Below are positions 18,801 to 29,699 of a DNA stretch of 64,000 bases, one piece after another. The stretch comes from a virus. Within the stretch, counting starts at the first letter, position 1. Each line of letters opens with the position of its first letter. The stretch spans positions 58,588 to 122,587 of the IMG/VR virus record IMGVR_UViG_3300010885_004110. One strand, 5' to 3'. Under the pieces are notes generated by a model. The model saw nothing but the letters and a program-made list of their open reading frames with translations. It ran no database searches and was not told the DNA's origin. A program made the position numbers and the translations under genes.

Positions 18801-21312
18801 CAACGGTGTATACGAAGCTAGGGTAGTTGATAGAGGAGACTCTACCGCATTGGGTGGTCTTAGATATCTATTCAATACTAATAATGCTCAACAAGGTGAT
18901 ACTGACGTAATTCGATTGTCTGCATCAGATAATTTTACTGCTGCCAAATACGAAGGCATGCGAATTTTTCTACAAGAAGGTACCGGCACTGGTCAGTACG
19001 GATATATTGCAACATTTGATTTTATCAGTAAAGATGTAACAGTTGGTAGTGAGGAAGATGTACCTATTTCTGTAACAGCAACTATCGGATCCAGTAATCT
19101 TATAACAGTTGGTAGTACTGTTACTCTAGCAGTTAACGAAAAAGTTGTATTATCGGGAACTGCATTTGGTAATATAGCTTATGGTCAGATTTATTACATT
19201 AAACAAGTCTTTAGTTTAACGCAAATAACATTATCTGAAACATTGGGAGGAGCAGTATTAGACGTTATCGACGGTACTGGATCAATGACATTACATCATG
19301 TTGGATGGCACCATGTTAGTGAGGGAACTACTATCGAGTCAACTCTTGATACTAGCACAGTTTATTATATCGAACCAAGAGTACAATTTAGTAGTCCTGG
19401 ATTTACAACCAGTTCTGGAACTGTTTCTGCAACGGCTGCTTGGAAATCAACAGCATACGGTAATGATATATTTGTAGCAGTTGCTACAAATATTGTAGCA
19501 ACTAGCCCCGACGGACTAATATGGACCACTGGCACAATCCCAACAGGCAACTGGAGATCTGTAGCATACGGTAACGGCAGATTTGTTGTTGTTGCAGCAT
19601 TGGGAACAACTGCACTATACTCTACCGACGGATTAAGCTGGACATCTGTAACTATTCCTTCTGGCGAATACAGATCAGTTGTTTACGGTAATGCTGTTAG
19701 TGCATGGGTAACTGTATCTGCAAATACTAATAAGGGAGCAGTTTCTCTAGATAACGGAGCAACATGGACTCAAACTACTCTAGGTGAGGGCGCAGAATGG
19801 AATAGTGTGGCATTTGGTAACGGTAAATTTGTTGCAGTTAGTTTAAGTGATTCGACCTTAACTCAAACAGCATATTCTGCAGATGGTACTACATGGAGTA
19901 CAGGTTCATACATCGGCGGCTGTGAAGCAGTTACATTCGGTAGTGGTAGATTTGTAGCCATTGATGGAACTAGTTCTACTAGTTCGTTTATTAGCACCAA
20001 CGGTATTGATTGGGTTGCTGGAACATTACCGGGAGCTGCTGCGAGTTGGAAAACTATTACCTACGGCGGCGGCGTGTTCTTAGCAACAGTTACCGGATCA
20101 TCAAGAGCTGCATTATCAGATGATGGTATTCACTGGACTTCACAGACATTAACATCTAGCAGTGATTGGAGTGCAGGCGCATACGGCAATGGAAAATTTG
20201 TAGTTATTGCTGGAAATTCTGCTCCAAGCAATACAACAAGAATTATTACTACCGGCGCCACTACAAAAGCTAGAGCAGTTGTTGTTGGAGGTAAAATTTC
20301 CAGCATTATAATTTGGGAACCTGGATCTGGATATTCTGCTACTCCTGTTATTTCTATTACTGACCCTAATGCAACAGCAGCAGTGTCTATTGAAGTAAGA
20401 ACAGGCAGCGGTATACTTGCTACCCCAACATTAACTAATCCTGGTTTATATTATGTAACTATTGACGTAAATTTAAACGGCGACGGATACAAAGACGAGT
20501 ATCAACTAGGTAAGTATCTTGTTGTTAACTCGTTGTCTAGAGTTCCCCGCCCAGGCGATAATTTGTTTATTAGCGGCATTAACGATTATACCTATAGAGT
20601 TTTACAATCTGAAGTTTTAGAAGGAGTTGTTCCTAATATTACTGCAAAGTTAACAATTGCAAAAACTCTAGGAAGGGCAGAAAGTCCGAATCACGGTACC
20701 TCGGTGACAATTAGACAAAACTATAGTCAAATTCGTATCACTGGACATGACTTTTTAGATATTGGATTAGGAAATTTTGCTCAAACAAATTATCCTAATA
20801 CTTTAAATCCAGAAGGTACTGTATTAGCACCGGAAAATGAGTACGCAGAATTTAGCGGTGGTCGTGTGTTCTATACATCAACTGACCAAGATGGTAACTT
20901 TAGAGTTGGTGAGTTGTTTGCTGTAGAGCAGGCCTCAGGAACAGTTACCTTGAGTGCAGATTTCTTCCAACTAGACGGTCTTGAAGAATTGCAACTTGGT
21001 GGTATTTCCGTAGGCGGCACTGGGACAGTTATTAGAGAATTTTCAACAGACGGTACATTTGCTGCTGATTCAAATAATGTTGTTCCTACACAGCGAGCTA
21101 TCAAAGCCTATGTGTCAGCTAGAGTATCAGGTGGCGGATCGGATGCTAGAACCGGTACAGCAGTATCTGGTTTAGTTAGCGTTGGGCCTAATAGTATTAC
21201 AACAACAACACTTACTCAAATTGATATACCGGTTCGAGTTAAATTTAACAAGGGCGTAGATGGTTCTATGCTAGCACTGGCATATTTTATGGACGGTGGA
21301 GGTGGTCAGTAA
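15892..21312 (+). CDS. Giant modular fibre/virion protein (1806 aa)
   Basis: N-terminal CBM5/12-like repeats (W...Y..GD.V.Y.G..Y.C), beta-helix-like region, one CxRD helical domain, beta-propeller-type repeats (W.SVAYGNGRFVVV..YS.DG.TWT), and a C-terminal domain shared with 21382. Confidence 0.8.
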   Translation: MADFKLGRIRYKWQGAWTSARDYIPDDIIEYHGKSYVCLVQHTSATDFYTDINFLNNDVPPAAEPKWLLMMDGYVWEGNWETNTYYVKGNIVKYAANVYQCIEPHTSALTEQGFVADIVSYWILYSPSNIWKTEWAPATYYKLNDIVKYFGIIYRCKVAHTSAADFDLGIDSALLLNKWEIVSLAQQWRGDWTVTTRYRINDIIKYNGIVYRCLAGHTSSNAVSGLEVDSNKWEFVRVGIEFKGTWSPQVLSPASPGTRYRENDVVKYGADLWICATAHTSSTSFNTAQWELYTSGFEYEYTWSPTTAYQPGDVVQYGGYLFVANLHNTNVTPSQNLLTWSYLYLGTRIRGEWSISTPYFVGDLVRRQGQLYVAIADGVGQDTDLLGDGSTINSNYWDLVIPGEKWQGVWQPTTQYVIGDVVNWIAHTYRCVAIHTSATLTRPDNDTGNTYWVLYTYGTNSNRLKNPGDLKTYGYDAETSTIRTKALAVGTGGKLLKSLNGEVSWNPFWESDKVYYVGSDGVDDATHGTTLNSPWKTIRYACENITGTATVFVKHGTYNEVLPIRVPAFVSIVGDELRGTVVQPATTLIPAADAAKTVSALTYITVSIIGNVISHIPVLVLYSNVQQVISGNAGSNSAKLLAMDLFDSIAAIIETPETVPTIVGTNSATLDAGTLDTLINIENNREFIIQETIAYMLASYPLYSFNTETCARDLNRFIDAVKYDLLYPGNWKSVEAANYYANAADGARNALQNMFLLRDGTGLRNMTLKGLSGEFTEPDLTLIKRVTAGAFASLDPGWGPNDSTAWVGTKSPYIQNVTTFGTKCVGLKVDGALHNGGNQTVVCNDFTQILSDGIGFWANNNGKSELVSVFTYYNYIGYLAENGSRVRSTNGNNSYGTFGCIAKGSSLTETPMTAYVENQYYQAQISQVLLNNGSVMKLFFSNAGVNYSSVNYTVTGSGVGAVLTGDEFRDNGVYEARVVDRGDSTALGGLRYLFNTNNAQQGDTDVIRLSASDNFTAAKYEGMRIFLQEGTGTGQYGYIATFDFISKDVTVGSEEDVPISVTATIGSSNLITVGSTVTLAVNEKVVLSGTAFGNIAYGQIYYIKQVFSLTQITLSETLGGAVLDVIDGTGSMTLHHVGWHHVSEGTTIESTLDTSTVYYIEPRVQFSSPGFTTSSGTVSATAAWKSTAYGNDIFVAVATNIVATSPDGLIWTTGTIPTGNWRSVAYGNGRFVVVAALGTTALYSTDGLSWTSVTIPSGEYRSVVYGNAVSAWVTVSANTNKGAVSLDNGATWTQTTLGEGAEWNSVAFGNGKFVAVSLSDSTLTQTAYSADGTTWSTGSYIGGCEAVTFGSGRFVAIDGTSSTSSFISTNGIDWVAGTLPGAAASWKTITYGGGVFLATVTGSSRAALSDDGIHWTSQTLTSSSDWSAGAYGNGKFVVIAGNSAPSNTTRIITTGATTKARAVVVGGKISSIIIWEPGSGYSATPVISITDPNATAAVSIEVRTGSGILATPTLTNPGLYYVTIDVNLNGDGYKDEYQLGKYLVVNSLSRVPRPGDNLFISGINDYTYRVLQSEVLEGVVPNITAKLTIAKTLGRAESPNHGTSVTIRQNYSQIRITGHDFLDIGLGNFAQTNYPNTLNPEGTVLAPENEYAEFSGGRVFYTSTDQDGNFRVGELFAVEQASGTVTLSADFFQLDGLEELQLGGISVGGTGTVIREFSTDGTFAADSNNVVPTQRAIKAYVSARVSGGGSDARTGTAVSGLVSVGPNSITTTTLTQIDIPVRVKFNKGVDGSMLALAYFMDGGGGQ

Positions 21313-21381
21313 TAATGACTACTACAAAAACAATATCTGAAAAAGATAATAAATATATAAACTGCACAAATGGAGTTATAG

Positions 21382-24300
21382 ATGGCTGAATTTAAATTAG
21401 GTAGAATAAGATTTGTATGGCAAGATGCTTGGAATACCGGGCATACTTATTATAAAGACGACATTGTTAGATATGGCGGAAAAACATATCTATGCGTGAT
21501 GGGTCACGTAGCAAATATTGACTTCTATGACGATCTTGATAATAGTCCAACACGTTGGAATCAAGTTACTGATGGACAAGAATGGAAAAGTAACTGGGTT
21601 CCTTCTAGATTTTACAAAGAAAACGATATAGTTAAGCATGGCGGCAATCTATACATATGCGTTAACGGTCATACATCGGCAATTGATGAGAGTTTAGGCC
21701 TACAAGCCAATCTAAGTGATTGGAACATTTATGCAGAATCATTCGATTGGAAAACTGAATGGGAAATTAACACCGTTTATAAAATAAATGATGTTGTTAA
21801 GTATGGCGGAAATAGTTATGTCTGTAATGAAGATCACACATCAGCTTCAAGTCCAGCAGACGGCCTAGAACTTAATCTTTCTAAATGGGATATTTACACC
21901 GAAGGATTTGATTGGCTTGGTAATTGGAATATCAGTACTCGATATAAAATTAATGATGTTGTAACATACGGTGGTACAACATACGTCTGTAATCAAGGGC
22001 ATACTTCTGCAGGTACAATTACTGGTGGTCTAGAAGCTAATCAAGGTTTATGGGATTACATGAACCGGGGAACTGATTATAAAAATAATTGGAGTTCTAG
22101 TAACGTTCGATACAAAATTAATGACTTGGTAAAATATGGTGCAGGTGTTTGGATCTGTACACAATACCATACTTCAAGTGCTTCTCGGACATTTAAACAA
22201 GACGAAACATCCGGTTACTGGGCACAATATGTTGAAGGTTTAGAATTTGAAAATACATGGCTCAGCGGAACTGTTTATCAACCAGGCGACATTGTTGCCT
22301 ACGGTGGTTATTCTTATCAAGCAATAACTAATCATACAGCATCTTCGGGTACACCTCCGTCGACAAATACCACTGACTGGAGTTTGTTTACCACAGGATT
22401 AAAATTCCAAGGCGACTGGAGTGCATTAACTTCTTACAGAGTCGGTGATGTTATTAGACTTAGAGGCTACACATACGTAGCTGTTCAAGACAGTTTAAAT
22501 CAAAGTCCTCCTAACTTAACAAAGTGGGAAAGATTAAACAGCGGCATTCGTTGGCAAGGCCAATGGCTAGATGATGTTAACTATGTGTTAGGTGATGCAG
22601 TGCGTTACGGTAACAATAGTTATATTTGTATTCTAGCTCACTTATCAGAAGGCGACGACGGTTCCACACTCACTCCAGGTCAGGTTAATAGTCGTCCAGA
22701 TCAAGATATTTCCGGAACATACTGGAATTTATTATCAGGCGGTCCGGAAGAAAGCGTACTAACAACCACAGGCGATTTAGTTTACTACGGTGGCGCAGGC
22801 CCAACACGTTTATCAATCGGTGAAGCTGGGCAAATATTGCAGGTTAGTGATGCTGGAGTACCAGAGTGGGGGTATTACGGTGTTGTTTCTAATTTAGTTT
22901 ATGTAGCACCACATGGAATCGATACTCCTGCACCCGGATACGGTCTAACATTAGATCGTCCGTGGGCAACAATTCGTTATGCCTGCGAACAAATTGAAAA
23001 AGGATACGAAAATCCACAAGCCGCTGTTCTATTAAAGAACAATCGTGCATTCATTCAGTCAGAGATTGCAGAATGGGTAGATCGTCAAATTATCATAGGC
23101 ACAGGAATCTGGGCTAGTTTTACCAATGATAGCAAAGCCTTATGTACACGTGACATGGGATTGTTAGTAGATGCCATGCTCTATGATATTACACACGGCG
23201 GTAATGCTAAAACACGTGAAGCAGCTCTAACATATTTTGATCCAATTACTGGAATTGTAATTGCATCATTAAATGATGAACAGGCTCAAGGTGTTGCAGC
23301 AATTAATTACGGCCTAACTTTGATTAATTATGTATTACTCAATGACGCTCCAGCTGTAAATTATCAAGTACTAAATGGTATTGGTAGTCCTGTATTACAA
23401 TACACCACTGGAGTTGATGCTGAAGCTGGAGTAATGGCCACTATTACTTCATTGGCTTCAATTGTTACTACCGCACTTGCTGCTGGTGTTAGCACAGGCA
23501 TTCCTGTAGAAAATCGTCCAGCATGGACTGTTACTATTAAAACAGGACAGTATAACGAAGTTCTTCCTATTATTGTTCCGGCAAGAACTGGTCTAGTAGG
23601 AGACGAGCTACGTGGTACACGAGTAAGCCCTGCAGGAAAATTAATTGCCACAACTGACAAAGCAAAAACTGTAGCAACATTACAGTATCTGCAGACAATC
23701 ACCGACGAAGTTGTTACAAAAACAACAGTATCTCCTAAGAAAGGCACAGGAACACAAGTTGTTTCGATGAAAGCTGGAAACACTGGTAGTACAACTGCTG
23801 TAGCATCTGCCGTAGCAAATGTAACTGAAATGATTGACATTGTTAACAATGGTCTAGGCGCAGTCAATGCATTTGTTTATCCAACACCAACAGGCGGAAC
23901 CGGTAATGCATTTACAGCAGGCTATTTAAATGCTGCAAGATTGATTCTTGCAAACAAGGCATTCTTACAAGCTGAAGTTAGTGCATGGATTGATGCACAA
24001 ATTGCTGGTAGTATTAGTCCGTTCGTTGGATTTGTATACGCAGGCACCGGCCGTACTAAGTGCGAACGAGACGTTGGCTATATTGTTGACGCATTAGTGT
24101 ATGATACTACCTACGGTGGAAATTTAGAAACTGCTGTAGCTGCTCGTTCTTATTATTCGCTTGGTGTGTTTGTTGAAACTGGCGAAAAGCAACAGGCTCT
24201 AGCAGTACAACTTCGTATTAAAGATATTATTGACAATATTGCCACTGGTAATACTGCTGGCTGGACAAAAACTCCAGCTAACGCATTGACTCAAGACGTC

Positions 24301-27300
24301 AGCGGAACAGCAGGTAGCGCACCGGCAGCAACATTTGCTCAAGCACGTATCCAAGAAATGTATGACACAATTAATACTGGAACTACTCCAACTACAATTG
24401 CTCCAGATACATCTTGGGTAAATGCTACATTATTAGATGTTAACGTTCGTTTACAGGCTGCTAAAACTACTATTCAAAGCGATGCCGTACAACACGTTAA
24501 GAAAACATTCCCAACATTGGTGTTCAACGAAACACTATGTTCACGTGATGTTGGATATATTGTTGATGCACTAGGCTATGATATAATGTTTGCTAGTAAT
24601 TATAGAAGCATCAAAGCTGCTATGAGCTATTACAGATCATTAACATCTACAGCAGTAGTACTAGGTGCACAAAAAGCTGCTCAACTAAGCATACTAGCAT
24701 ATATTCTTGCTAGAGTTAAGCCAATAGTAGCCGCAGGATCTGTTGTAGCAGCTGACCTATTATGGACTGAAGTTATTAGTTACATTAATACAGGAACAGA
24801 ACCACAAATTATTGGCACTAACAGAGCCACTGACGACATTGATATTCACAACGGCGCAATCTTATTAGAACTTAATAAAGATTTCCTTGCTGCTGAAGCA
24901 ACAGGCTACATTACTACCACTTATCGGGCTACAGCAACAGCAACTAATGCTGGTACAGATGCAATTACAGTGTCAACAACTGCTTGGATGGTAGTAAACG
25001 ATCCGATTACATTCTCAGGAACTGTATTTGGTAATATTGTTTCGGGCACTGTTTACTATATCAAGACTATTGGCGCTGGTGTAATTACTATTAGTGCAAC
25101 ATTAGGCGGTGCAACATTTGATCTAGCTGCTGGCACTGGCTCAATGACATTGAACTATAATTACGATACCACATCATGTGAACGTGATGTACGTACAATT
25201 ATTGAAGCAATGGCTTATGATCTACGTTACCCAGGTAACTATAAGTCACTTTATGCTGCACGTTACTATAGAAATGCATTAACTGGTTCAAAACTAGAAA
25301 ACATGTATTTGGTACGTAATGGTTGTGGTGTTCGAAATATGACTCTAACAGAGTTAGATGGAACATCTGATGGAAATACAGCAGGCGCTGGTGTTGCATC
25401 TGGATTAAGCTCAGCTAATGAATTTGGCACAAGTCGTCCAATAGCTGGTTCTTATGTATCTTTAGATCCAGGTTGGGGACCAAACGACAATCGTGTTTGG
25501 ACCACAGACAAGTCTACATATGTACAAAACGTAACAACATTTGGTACAGCATGTATTGGACAGAAAATTGACGGCTCATTACACAATGGTGGTAACGATT
25601 CTATAGTATCAAACGACTTTACACAGGTATTATCAGACGGTATCGGTGCATGGGTAACTAACTTGGGTCGTGCAGAACTTGTTTCTGTATTCTCATATTA
25701 TAATCATATTGGCTACTTGGCTGAAAATGGTGGTAAGATTCGTGCTACTAACGGAAATAACTCTTATGGTACATACGGTGCCATAGCAGAAGGTATTGAC
25801 ATTACTGAAACTGCGGTTACTGGTACAGTCAATAACAGAAGTACTGAAGCCCAAGTTGGTAACGTCTTTGTTGACGGCGATGCAATTTTAGCAATGGAAT
25901 ATACCAATGCTGGTGTAAATTATTCATCGGGCGCTTACACAATTAGTGGACCAGGATCAAATGCAGCGGCAGTCGGTGACGACATTAGACACGGTGGTGT
26001 TTATCAAATACGACTAACTGATCCAGGTGATTCATCAGGACCTGGCGGTGTCGGATATATTACCAGTTCTAATCTAGCTCAAGCAGGTAATACAACACAA
26101 ATTACATTGGCTAACACAGAAACAGCAACTAGTATTGCCTATGTTGGAATGAGCATTTATCTAACAACTGGTACAGGTGCCGGTCAGTATGGTGTTATTG
26201 CAACATACAGTGCTCCAACTAAGATCGCTACTATTAATAAAGAAAGTACTGGTACTTCTGGTTGGGATCATGTTATTCCTGGAACAGCAATTGAAGCTGC
26301 GCTAGATGTTACAACTGCGTATACAATCAGTCCAAGACTATCTCTAACTGCACCGACCTACACAACTACTACTGCTTCAGTACTTCCAAGTTCAGATGCA
26401 TGGAGTGCAGGGGCTTATGGTAATGCTGAAGGTTCCTACGCTTCTGTTGCAAGTACATCGGGAGATGGCGGTTCATTAGCAGCATTTAATGTTGCTCGCA
26501 GAGACGGAGTCTATACAGTTACTCTACAAACCGCCGGTATTAATTATGCAGTAGGCGATACACTAACTATTCTAGGTACAAATCTAGGTGGAGCAACAAC
26601 TGCAAATGATGTTACAGTAACAGTTACCGGAGTTGACTCAACTAACGCAAACTCGATTACTTCATTCTCATATACTGGTACTGCTATTGGCGCACAGTTT
26701 GTTGCAGTACCGTCGTCAGGCACAGCAGCAGCATATTCTACAAACGGTACAACGTGGACTGCATCAACATTACCGAGCGGGTCTTGGTCTAGTGTAGCAT
26801 ATGGATTGATCAGCGGCATCGGAATGTATGTAGCAGTTTCTAGTACAGGTGGCACAGCGGCTAGCTCTTTAGATGGCATTACTTGGACTTCACGTACACT
26901 GCCAACTACTTCTGCGTGGTCTAGCGTTACTTATGGAAATGGTAGATTTGTAGCAGTGGCTAGTGGTAGTAATGATGCTGCATATTCTATAACTGGTACA
27001 TCTTGGGTATCGATGGGGGTGTTACCAGGATCAAATGCACTATGGAAATCTATAACTTATGGTAAAGGATTGTATGTTGCAGTGGCCAGCGGCGGCACAC
27101 AAGCTGCTAGTTCAGCAAATGGAACTACTTGGACAACTAGAACATTGTCTGCAAGTGCTACCTGGACCAGTGTTACCTACGGTAAAAACCGTTTTGTAGC
27201 AGTAGCCAGCGGTGGAACAGCAGCAGCTTATTCTTTAAATGGTACAACATGGACAAATTCTAGTGCATTACCAGCTAGCGCCACATGGAATAACGTCAGC

Positions 27301-29685
27301 TACGGAAACGGTATTTACTATGCAGTAGCAACTGGTTCAGTTGGAGCAACATCTGAAGATGGTATTACCTGGACTTCACGCAGCACAGCATTTGCAACAC
27401 CAACTATTACTGCAACATCTAAAGATATCATTGGATCATTTACTGCGTCAACTTTGCCACAAACAGGCTACTGGACTAATGTATTATGGACTGGTTCAAA
27501 GTTTGTAGCAGTTGGACACAATAACGTTGATACAGGTTATGCAGCAAGTTCTACCGATGGTGCAACTTGGACCAACGTAACAATACCGTCACCTGGCGGA
27601 TTATACGAATATACTGCTATTGCATACAATGGATCTAACAAATATGTTGCATTTATCAATAGCAGCAGAAATATTGTAACATCAACAGATGGAGTATCTT
27701 GGACTGCACAAACTACAAACGGTACTAACAATTTGCCAACAGCTAGAGCATGGACTGATGCAGTGTTCGGCGGCACTAGATTTGTTGTAGTTGGATCAGG
27801 CGGTGCTAATCCAATAGCATATAGCACCGACGGCACAACATGGACTACAGGTACACTTGCTAATACAACGTGGACCAGTGTTGCCTATGGACAACCTAGT
27901 GCAACTGCATACTTTGTTGCAGTATCCGCAACACAAGCAGCATCGTATTCAATAGACGGCATTACTTGGACTACTGGTAATACTCTACCAAGCAGCGATG
28001 TTTGGAGCTCAGTGGCATTTGGTAATACACGGTTTGTAACAGTTGCTGGCGACACTGCAACAGCTACTACAAAAGCAGCATATTCAACAGATGGCACAAC
28101 TTGGACTGCGGCTACAATGCCGGGAGCTGCTGCTAAATGGATTAGTGTAAGCTACGGTGGCGGCACATTTATGGCATTTGCCTATGGTAGCACAAGAACA
28201 GCAGTTTCCACAAACGGCAGTACATGGGTCGAAGGTCCAACAATTGCGTCTGGTAACTGGAATACTAGTGCTTATGGTAGCAATAATTTTGTTGCTCTAA
28301 GAACAGGTGGATCTACAGCCGGTTCATACATTAATTACATTTTAAACACCAACTACTTGACAACTTCAAGCACATCAGCATTGTCGGCAGGTGATAGAAT
28401 TATATTTAATGCAACAACATTCGGTGGAATGATTGCTGGAACTGTTTACTATGTACGCACTGTTGATTCAGCAACAACATTTACAATTTCAGAAACCAGC
28501 GGCGGTGGAGTGTTTACACTAAGCACTGGTTCCGGTACAATGACTTCTACTGTAAGTAAAAATTATGTAGCTGCTGTTTACAGTATTGGTAAATGGTTAG
28601 TTCTATCACCAAACAACACACGTATATTAACAACATCGTTTGGTGCACAGGCTCGCGCAAGATCTTATGTTAGTGATAATAAGATTACTGAAATTTGGAT
28701 TCAAAGTCCGGGCGGTGGCTATACTGTAGCACCGACTCTAACTATTACTGATCCAAATAATACAGGATCAGATGCATCAACTACTGTACGTATTGGAGAC
28801 GGAGTGCTGGCTAGCCCATCATTTACAAATCGTGGTACTGGTTATTCGTCATCGACAGCACAGGTTACTGGTAATGGATATGCAGATAGCTATCAAATAG
28901 GCACATTTGTTTACATGAATAATCTAACAGGTCGCCCATACGAAGGTTCCAATTTGCAAATTGCAGGTATCGACGATGTTTACTACAGAGTTGTACAGGT
29001 AACACAATTTACCGGAGCAATATCTGGAGAGTACTCTGCTAGATTACAGATTAGTCCTGCGGTTGCAGCATTAGAATCGCCAGAACACGCTGCTGCGGTA
29101 ACTCTGCGTAGACGTTATTCACAGGTTCGATTAACAGGACACGACTTCTTAAGCATTGGTACTGGTAATAAAACGTTAACAAACTATCCAGGCTTACCAT
29201 TACAAGAAGCACAACCTGCAAACGAAACTGTTGATTCCGCAGGTGGTCGTGTATTCTACACATCAACTGATCAAGACGGTAACTTTAGAGTTGGCGGATT
29301 GTTCAATGTTGAACAAGCAACTGGTGTAGCTACCTTAAATGCTGATGCATTTAACCTAGCTGGATTGAACGAATTGCAACTTGGTTCTGTTGCACTCGGT
29401 GGCGCAGGAGCAAATATTTCTGAATTCAGTACAGATCCTTTCTTTACAGCAGATTCAGACAATATTGTACCAACACAAAGGGCTATTAAAGCATACATCA
29501 GTTCACAAATTGGTGGTGGCGGATCTAGTTTGAACGTAAATAGCTTGACAGCAGGTGTTATTTACATTGCAGGAAACAGCATAACTACTACAACAGAAGT
29601 TGGAATAGACATAAATACAAAGGTAAATTTCCTTGGTGGTGTTGATGGTAGTCCAGTAGCACTAAACTACTTTTTACTAGGATAA
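21382..29685 (+). CDS. Giant modular fibre/virion protein (2767 aa), paralog of 15892
   Basis: Same N-terminus (MA(D/E)FKLGRIR) and the same C-terminal TGHDFL..GGRVFYTSTDQDGNFRVG domain; four CxRD domains; expanded propeller repeats. Confidence 0.8.
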   Translation: MAEFKLGRIRFVWQDAWNTGHTYYKDDIVRYGGKTYLCVMGHVANIDFYDDLDNSPTRWNQVTDGQEWKSNWVPSRFYKENDIVKHGGNLYICVNGHTSAIDESLGLQANLSDWNIYAESFDWKTEWEINTVYKINDVVKYGGNSYVCNEDHTSASSPADGLELNLSKWDIYTEGFDWLGNWNISTRYKINDVVTYGGTTYVCNQGHTSAGTITGGLEANQGLWDYMNRGTDYKNNWSSSNVRYKINDLVKYGAGVWICTQYHTSSASRTFKQDETSGYWAQYVEGLEFENTWLSGTVYQPGDIVAYGGYSYQAITNHTASSGTPPSTNTTDWSLFTTGLKFQGDWSALTSYRVGDVIRLRGYTYVAVQDSLNQSPPNLTKWERLNSGIRWQGQWLDDVNYVLGDAVRYGNNSYICILAHLSEGDDGSTLTPGQVNSRPDQDISGTYWNLLSGGPEESVLTTTGDLVYYGGAGPTRLSIGEAGQILQVSDAGVPEWGYYGVVSNLVYVAPHGIDTPAPGYGLTLDRPWATIRYACEQIEKGYENPQAAVLLKNNRAFIQSEIAEWVDRQIIIGTGIWASFTNDSKALCTRDMGLLVDAMLYDITHGGNAKTREAALTYFDPITGIVIASLNDEQAQGVAAINYGLTLINYVLLNDAPAVNYQVLNGIGSPVLQYTTGVDAEAGVMATITSLASIVTTALAAGVSTGIPVENRPAWTVTIKTGQYNEVLPIIVPARTGLVGDELRGTRVSPAGKLIATTDKAKTVATLQYLQTITDEVVTKTTVSPKKGTGTQVVSMKAGNTGSTTAVASAVANVTEMIDIVNNGLGAVNAFVYPTPTGGTGNAFTAGYLNAARLILANKAFLQAEVSAWIDAQIAGSISPFVGFVYAGTGRTKCERDVGYIVDALVYDTTYGGNLETAVAARSYYSLGVFVETGEKQQALAVQLRIKDIIDNIATGNTAGWTKTPANALTQDVSGTAGSAPAATFAQARIQEMYDTINTGTTPTTIAPDTSWVNATLLDVNVRLQAAKTTIQSDAVQHVKKTFPTLVFNETLCSRDVGYIVDALGYDIMFASNYRSIKAAMSYYRSLTSTAVVLGAQKAAQLSILAYILARVKPIVAAGSVVAADLLWTEVISYINTGTEPQIIGTNRATDDIDIHNGAILLELNKDFLAAEATGYITTTYRATATATNAGTDAITVSTTAWMVVNDPITFSGTVFGNIVSGTVYYIKTIGAGVITISATLGGATFDLAAGTGSMTLNYNYDTTSCERDVRTIIEAMAYDLRYPGNYKSLYAARYYRNALTGSKLENMYLVRNGCGVRNMTLTELDGTSDGNTAGAGVASGLSSANEFGTSRPIAGSYVSLDPGWGPNDNRVWTTDKSTYVQNVTTFGTACIGQKIDGSLHNGGNDSIVSNDFTQVLSDGIGAWVTNLGRAELVSVFSYYNHIGYLAENGGKIRATNGNNSYGTYGAIAEGIDITETAVTGTVNNRSTEAQVGNVFVDGDAILAMEYTNAGVNYSSGAYTISGPGSNAAAVGDDIRHGGVYQIRLTDPGDSSGPGGVGYITSSNLAQAGNTTQITLANTETATSIAYVGMSIYLTTGTGAGQYGVIATYSAPTKIATINKESTGTSGWDHVIPGTAIEAALDVTTAYTISPRLSLTAPTYTTTTASVLPSSDAWSAGAYGNAEGSYASVASTSGDGGSLAAFNVARRDGVYTVTLQTAGINYAVGDTLTILGTNLGGATTANDVTVTVTGVDSTNANSITSFSYTGTAIGAQFVAVPSSGTAAAYSTNGTTWTASTLPSGSWSSVAYGLISGIGMYVAVSSTGGTAASSLDGITWTSRTLPTTSAWSSVTYGNGRFVAVASGSNDAAYSITGTSWVSMGVLPGSNALWKSITYGKGLYVAVASGGTQAASSANGTTWTTRTLSASATWTSVTYGKNRFVAVASGGTAAAYSLNGTTWTNSSALPASATWNNVSYGNGIYYAVATGSVGATSEDGITWTSRSTAFATPTITATSKDIIGSFTASTLPQTGYWTNVLWTGSKFVAVGHNNVDTGYAASSTDGATWTNVTIPSPGGLYEYTAIAYNGSNKYVAFINSSRNIVTSTDGVSWTAQTTNGTNNLPTARAWTDAVFGGTRFVVVGSGGANPIAYSTDGTTWTTGTLANTTWTSVAYGQPSATAYFVAVSATQAASYSIDGITWTTGNTLPSSDVWSSVAFGNTRFVTVAGDTATATTKAAYSTDGTTWTAATMPGAAAKWISVSYGGGTFMAFAYGSTRTAVSTNGSTWVEGPTIASGNWNTSAYGSNNFVALRTGGSTAGSYINYILNTNYLTTSSTSALSAGDRIIFNATTFGGMIAGTVYYVRTVDSATTFTISETSGGGVFTLSTGSGTMTSTVSKNYVAAVYSIGKWLVLSPNNTRILTTSFGAQARARSYVSDNKITEIWIQSPGGGYTVAPTLTITDPNNTGSDASTTVRIGDGVLASPSFTNRGTGYSSSTAQVTGNGYADSYQIGTFVYMNNLTGRPYEGSNLQIAGIDDVYYRVVQVTQFTGAISGEYSARLQISPAVAALESPEHAAAVTLRRRYSQVRLTGHDFLSIGTGNKTLTNYPGLPLQEAQPANETVDSAGGRVFYTSTDQDGNFRVGGLFNVEQATGVATLNADAFNLAGLNELQLGSVALGGAGANISEFSTDPFFTADSDNIVPTQRAIKAYISSQIGGGGSSLNVNSLTAGVIYIAGNSITTTTEVGIDINTKVNFLGGVDGSPVALNYFLLG

Positions 29686-29699
29686 TGGAGAAATAAAAA

